Source: Gemmatimonadales bacterium
Lineage (GTDB): Bacteria > Gemmatimonadota > Gemmatimonadetes > Gemmatimonadales > GWC2-71-9
Assembly: GCA_046160105.1 (NCBI GenBank)
Contig: JBJXGT010000036.1
Coordinates: 73,568 to 137,567 of the forward strand
Direction of reading: 5' to 3'
Length of the DNA stretch: 64,000 nt
This document shows positions 62,299-64,000 of this stretch, in pieces. The notes beneath the pieces were generated by a model. It saw only the letters and a list, made by a program, of their open reading frames with translations. It did not search any database and was not told the origin of the DNA. The position numbers and the translations under genes were made by a program. The stretch's first letter is position 1, and each line of letters starts with the position of its first letter.

Positions 62299-64000
62299 AT
62301 GCTCGCGCTTCGATCGATTGCCCCTGTCGTTCTGCTCGCACTGGCGGGCCGGCCGGCGTTCGGCCAGGTGCTCCCCAAGGATTCGATCTACCAGCGCCTC
62401 CTCGACTTCCCCAGCCTGGTGAAAGGTGGCCGGGTGGTGCCGCGGTGGGCGGCCGACGGGCGCTCGCTCGGGTATCGCGACGACGCGGGCGGGCATTGGC
62501 GGGTCGAGCTACCCTCGGGGAAGGCAACCCGGGTCGAGGCGCCCGCCGAACCAACCCGGCCGGCCGACCCTTCCGAGGCGGTCTCGCCTAACGGCGATCG
62601 GGTGGCCTTCCTCAAGGGCTGGAACGTCTGGACCCGGCCGCGAGCAGGGGGCGCCGGATCGGCGGTCACGACGGATGGAGCGCCGGGCGACGGCTGGACC
62701 GCGAACCCCTTCTACACCCGCCCCGTGCCGCTGTTCTGGTCCCCCGACGGGCGGCTGGTGATGGCCATCCGGGCCGACCACCGGAACCTGAATCGGACCA
62801 CCGTGGTCGAGTGGCGCCAGCAGGAGGCCGAGCAGGTGGTGCAGGTTGCCTACCCGCTGCCCGGGGGACCGGTGGAGCAGGCCCGAGTCTGTCTCCTCAT
62901 CGTCGCCGACGGATCGCGGGTTTGCCTCGATACCGGGCCGGAGCCGGACCAGGTGCTCTATCCGGTTGGCTGGAGCCCGGATGGTTCCGAGGCATTCGTG
63001 CTCCGGTTCGATCGATTCATGAAACGGCTCGACCTGCTCGGCGGCGACCCTCGAACCGGCTCGACGCGGGTGCTGGTGCGGGATTCCCAGCCGACCTTCA
63101 TCGAGGGCGTGGGCTTCATCCGGGAGAGCGTCTGGTTCCCCCTCGGCGACGGCCGCCGATTCATCTGGCGGTCAGAGCGCGACGGGTGGAGCCACCTCTA
63201 CCTCCACGACCGGGAAGCCGGGTTGCTCGGCCGGATCACCGGCGGGGATTTTCGAGTCGATCGGGTGGTGGGGGTCGACGAGCGGGTGGGCGCGGTTTTC
63301 TTTCTCGCCCGGGCCGAGCCGGGAAGGCCGTACGACGTCCACTTCTATCGGACCGGGCTCGACGGCCGGGGGAGGCGCCGCCTAACGGAAGGGACCGGCG
63401 AGCATGACGTCTTTCTCTCGCCCGACCGAGCCTACTTCGTCGACATCCACTCGGACATCGACCGCCCCCCGCGGAGCGACCTCCGGCGCGCCGCCGATGG
63501 GGCGCTGATCAAGACCCTCGCCCAAGCGGACATCGGGGCGCTCACCGCCGTCGGGTGGCGCGCGCCCGAGACGTTCGTCGTCAAGGCGGCCGACGGGGTT
63601 ACCGATCTCTACGGGGCGATCTACCTCCCGACCGATTTCGATCCTGCGAAGCGCTACCCCGTGGTCGACAACCAGTACATGGGGAACATCCGGCAGGCGG
63701 TGCCCCATCGGTTCGTCGGGAGTTACCCTGGAGACGAGAGCTACGCCCTGGCCGAGCGGGGATTCGTGGTCTTCCTCGTCGACGGACGGGGTACCATCGG
63801 TCGAAGCAAAGCCTTTCACGACGCCACGTATGGCAGGATCGGCACCTTTGAGGTCGCCGATCACATCGCGACCCTCCGACAGCTGGCCGCGACCAGGCCC
63901 TTCATGGACACGGCTCGAGTCGGGATTACCGGGTTTTCCTGGGGTGGGTACTACACCCTGCGTGCCCTGCTCACCGCCTCGGAGGTCTTCAAGGTGGGCG
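62299..64000 (+). CDS. S9B (dipeptidyl-peptidase IV-like) serine peptidase, 5' part (runs off the right edge)
   Basis: Absent from the ORF track (no stop in-window). My translation from ATG 62299 is MLALRSIAPVVLLALAGRPAFGQ.. (signal). It continues with SPNGDR/WSPDGR/WSPDGS propeller motifs, ..RYPVVDNQY.., ..VDGRGT.GRSKAFHDA.. and GITGFSWGGYY (GxSxGG). The frame is open for 567 codons. Confidence 0.8.
   Translation, partial: MLALRSIAPVVLLALAGRPAFGQVLPKDSIYQRLLDFPSLVKGGRVVPRWAADGRSLGYRDDAGGHWRVELPSGKATRVEAPAEPTRPADPSEAVSPNGDRVAFLKGWNVWTRPRAGGAGSAVTTDGAPGDGWTANPFYTRPVPLFWSPDGRLVMAIRADHRNLNRTTVVEWRQQEAEQVVQVAYPLPGGPVEQARVCLLIVADGSRVCLDTGPEPDQVLYPVGWSPDGSEAFVLRFDRFMKRLDLLGGDPRTGSTRVLVRDSQPTFIEGVGFIRESVWFPLGDGRRFIWRSERDGWSHLYLHDREAGLLGRITGGDFRVDRVVGVDERVGAVFFLARAEPGRPYDVHFYRTGLDGRGRRRLTEGTGEHDVFLSPDRAYFVDIHSDIDRPPRSDLRRAADGALIKTLAQADIGALTAVGWRAPETFVVKAADGVTDLYGAIYLPTDFDPAKRYPVVDNQYMGNIRQAVPHRFVGSYPGDESYALAERGFVVFLVDGRGTIGRSKAFHDATYGRIGTFEVADHIATLRQLAATRPFMDTARVGITGFSWGGYYTLRALLTASEVFKVG

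Noticed and set aside
1-64000. Search for tRNA, rRNA, CRISPR repeats, transposases, integrases, phage or defence-system genes
   Set aside because: No spacer is long enough and unassigned. I saw no repeated 25-40-bp units and no recombinase, nuclease or reverse-transcriptase-like ORFs. The only mobility-associated trace is the DUF4143 ATPase fragment.

Overview
High-G+C (roughly two-thirds or more by eye) bacterial chromosomal DNA, densely coding on both strands. I see no rRNA, tRNA, CRISPR array, integrase or intact IS. I support about 55 protein genes. Many ORFs in the six-frame track are antisense or off-frame shadows, or N-terminal over-extensions from TTG/GTG codons. Two genes that run off the window edges are missing from the track: a DinB-like gene at the left edge and a DPP-IV-like S9 peptidase at the right edge. 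The gene content is dominated by secreted hydrolases. These include three or four S9 peptidases, two CocE/NonD (S15) hydrolases, M14, M1, M19 and M55 metallopeptidases, three beta-lactamase-fold serine hydrolases, two MBL-fold hydrolases and two sulfatase-family proteins. There are also transporters (SSS symporter, NRAMP, MFS, TauE, HupE/UreJ, a TonB-dependent receptor) and a few signalling genes (Hanks kinase, PP2C, EAL-HDOD, ArsR). The content and the promoter-like boxes suggest a Gemmatimonadota or other FCB-group organism, but that is only an impression. Points worth a second look: (1) a translationally coupled six-gene operon mixing crotonases, a formylglycine-type sulfatase, a CocE/NonD hydrolase, an acyl-CoA ligase and a DPP-IV-like peptidase; (2) a five-gene cluster joining tandem duplicated secreted proteins and a lipoprotein to EAL-HDOD and PP2C; (3) a kinase / outer-membrane barrel / TPR / two beta-lactamase-fold genes cluster; (4) very AT-rich operator-like islands, namely a Fur-box-like site and a perfect 16-bp palindrome centred on the arsR start codon; (5) a recurrent TAnnTT box upstream of many starts, sometimes implying leaderless mRNAs; (6) an over-represented octamer GCCTAACG found in all frames, at stop codons and in intergenic DNA, linked to an odd TTA-GGN codon-pair bias. 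All family calls come from motif recognition by eye. No database search was run.
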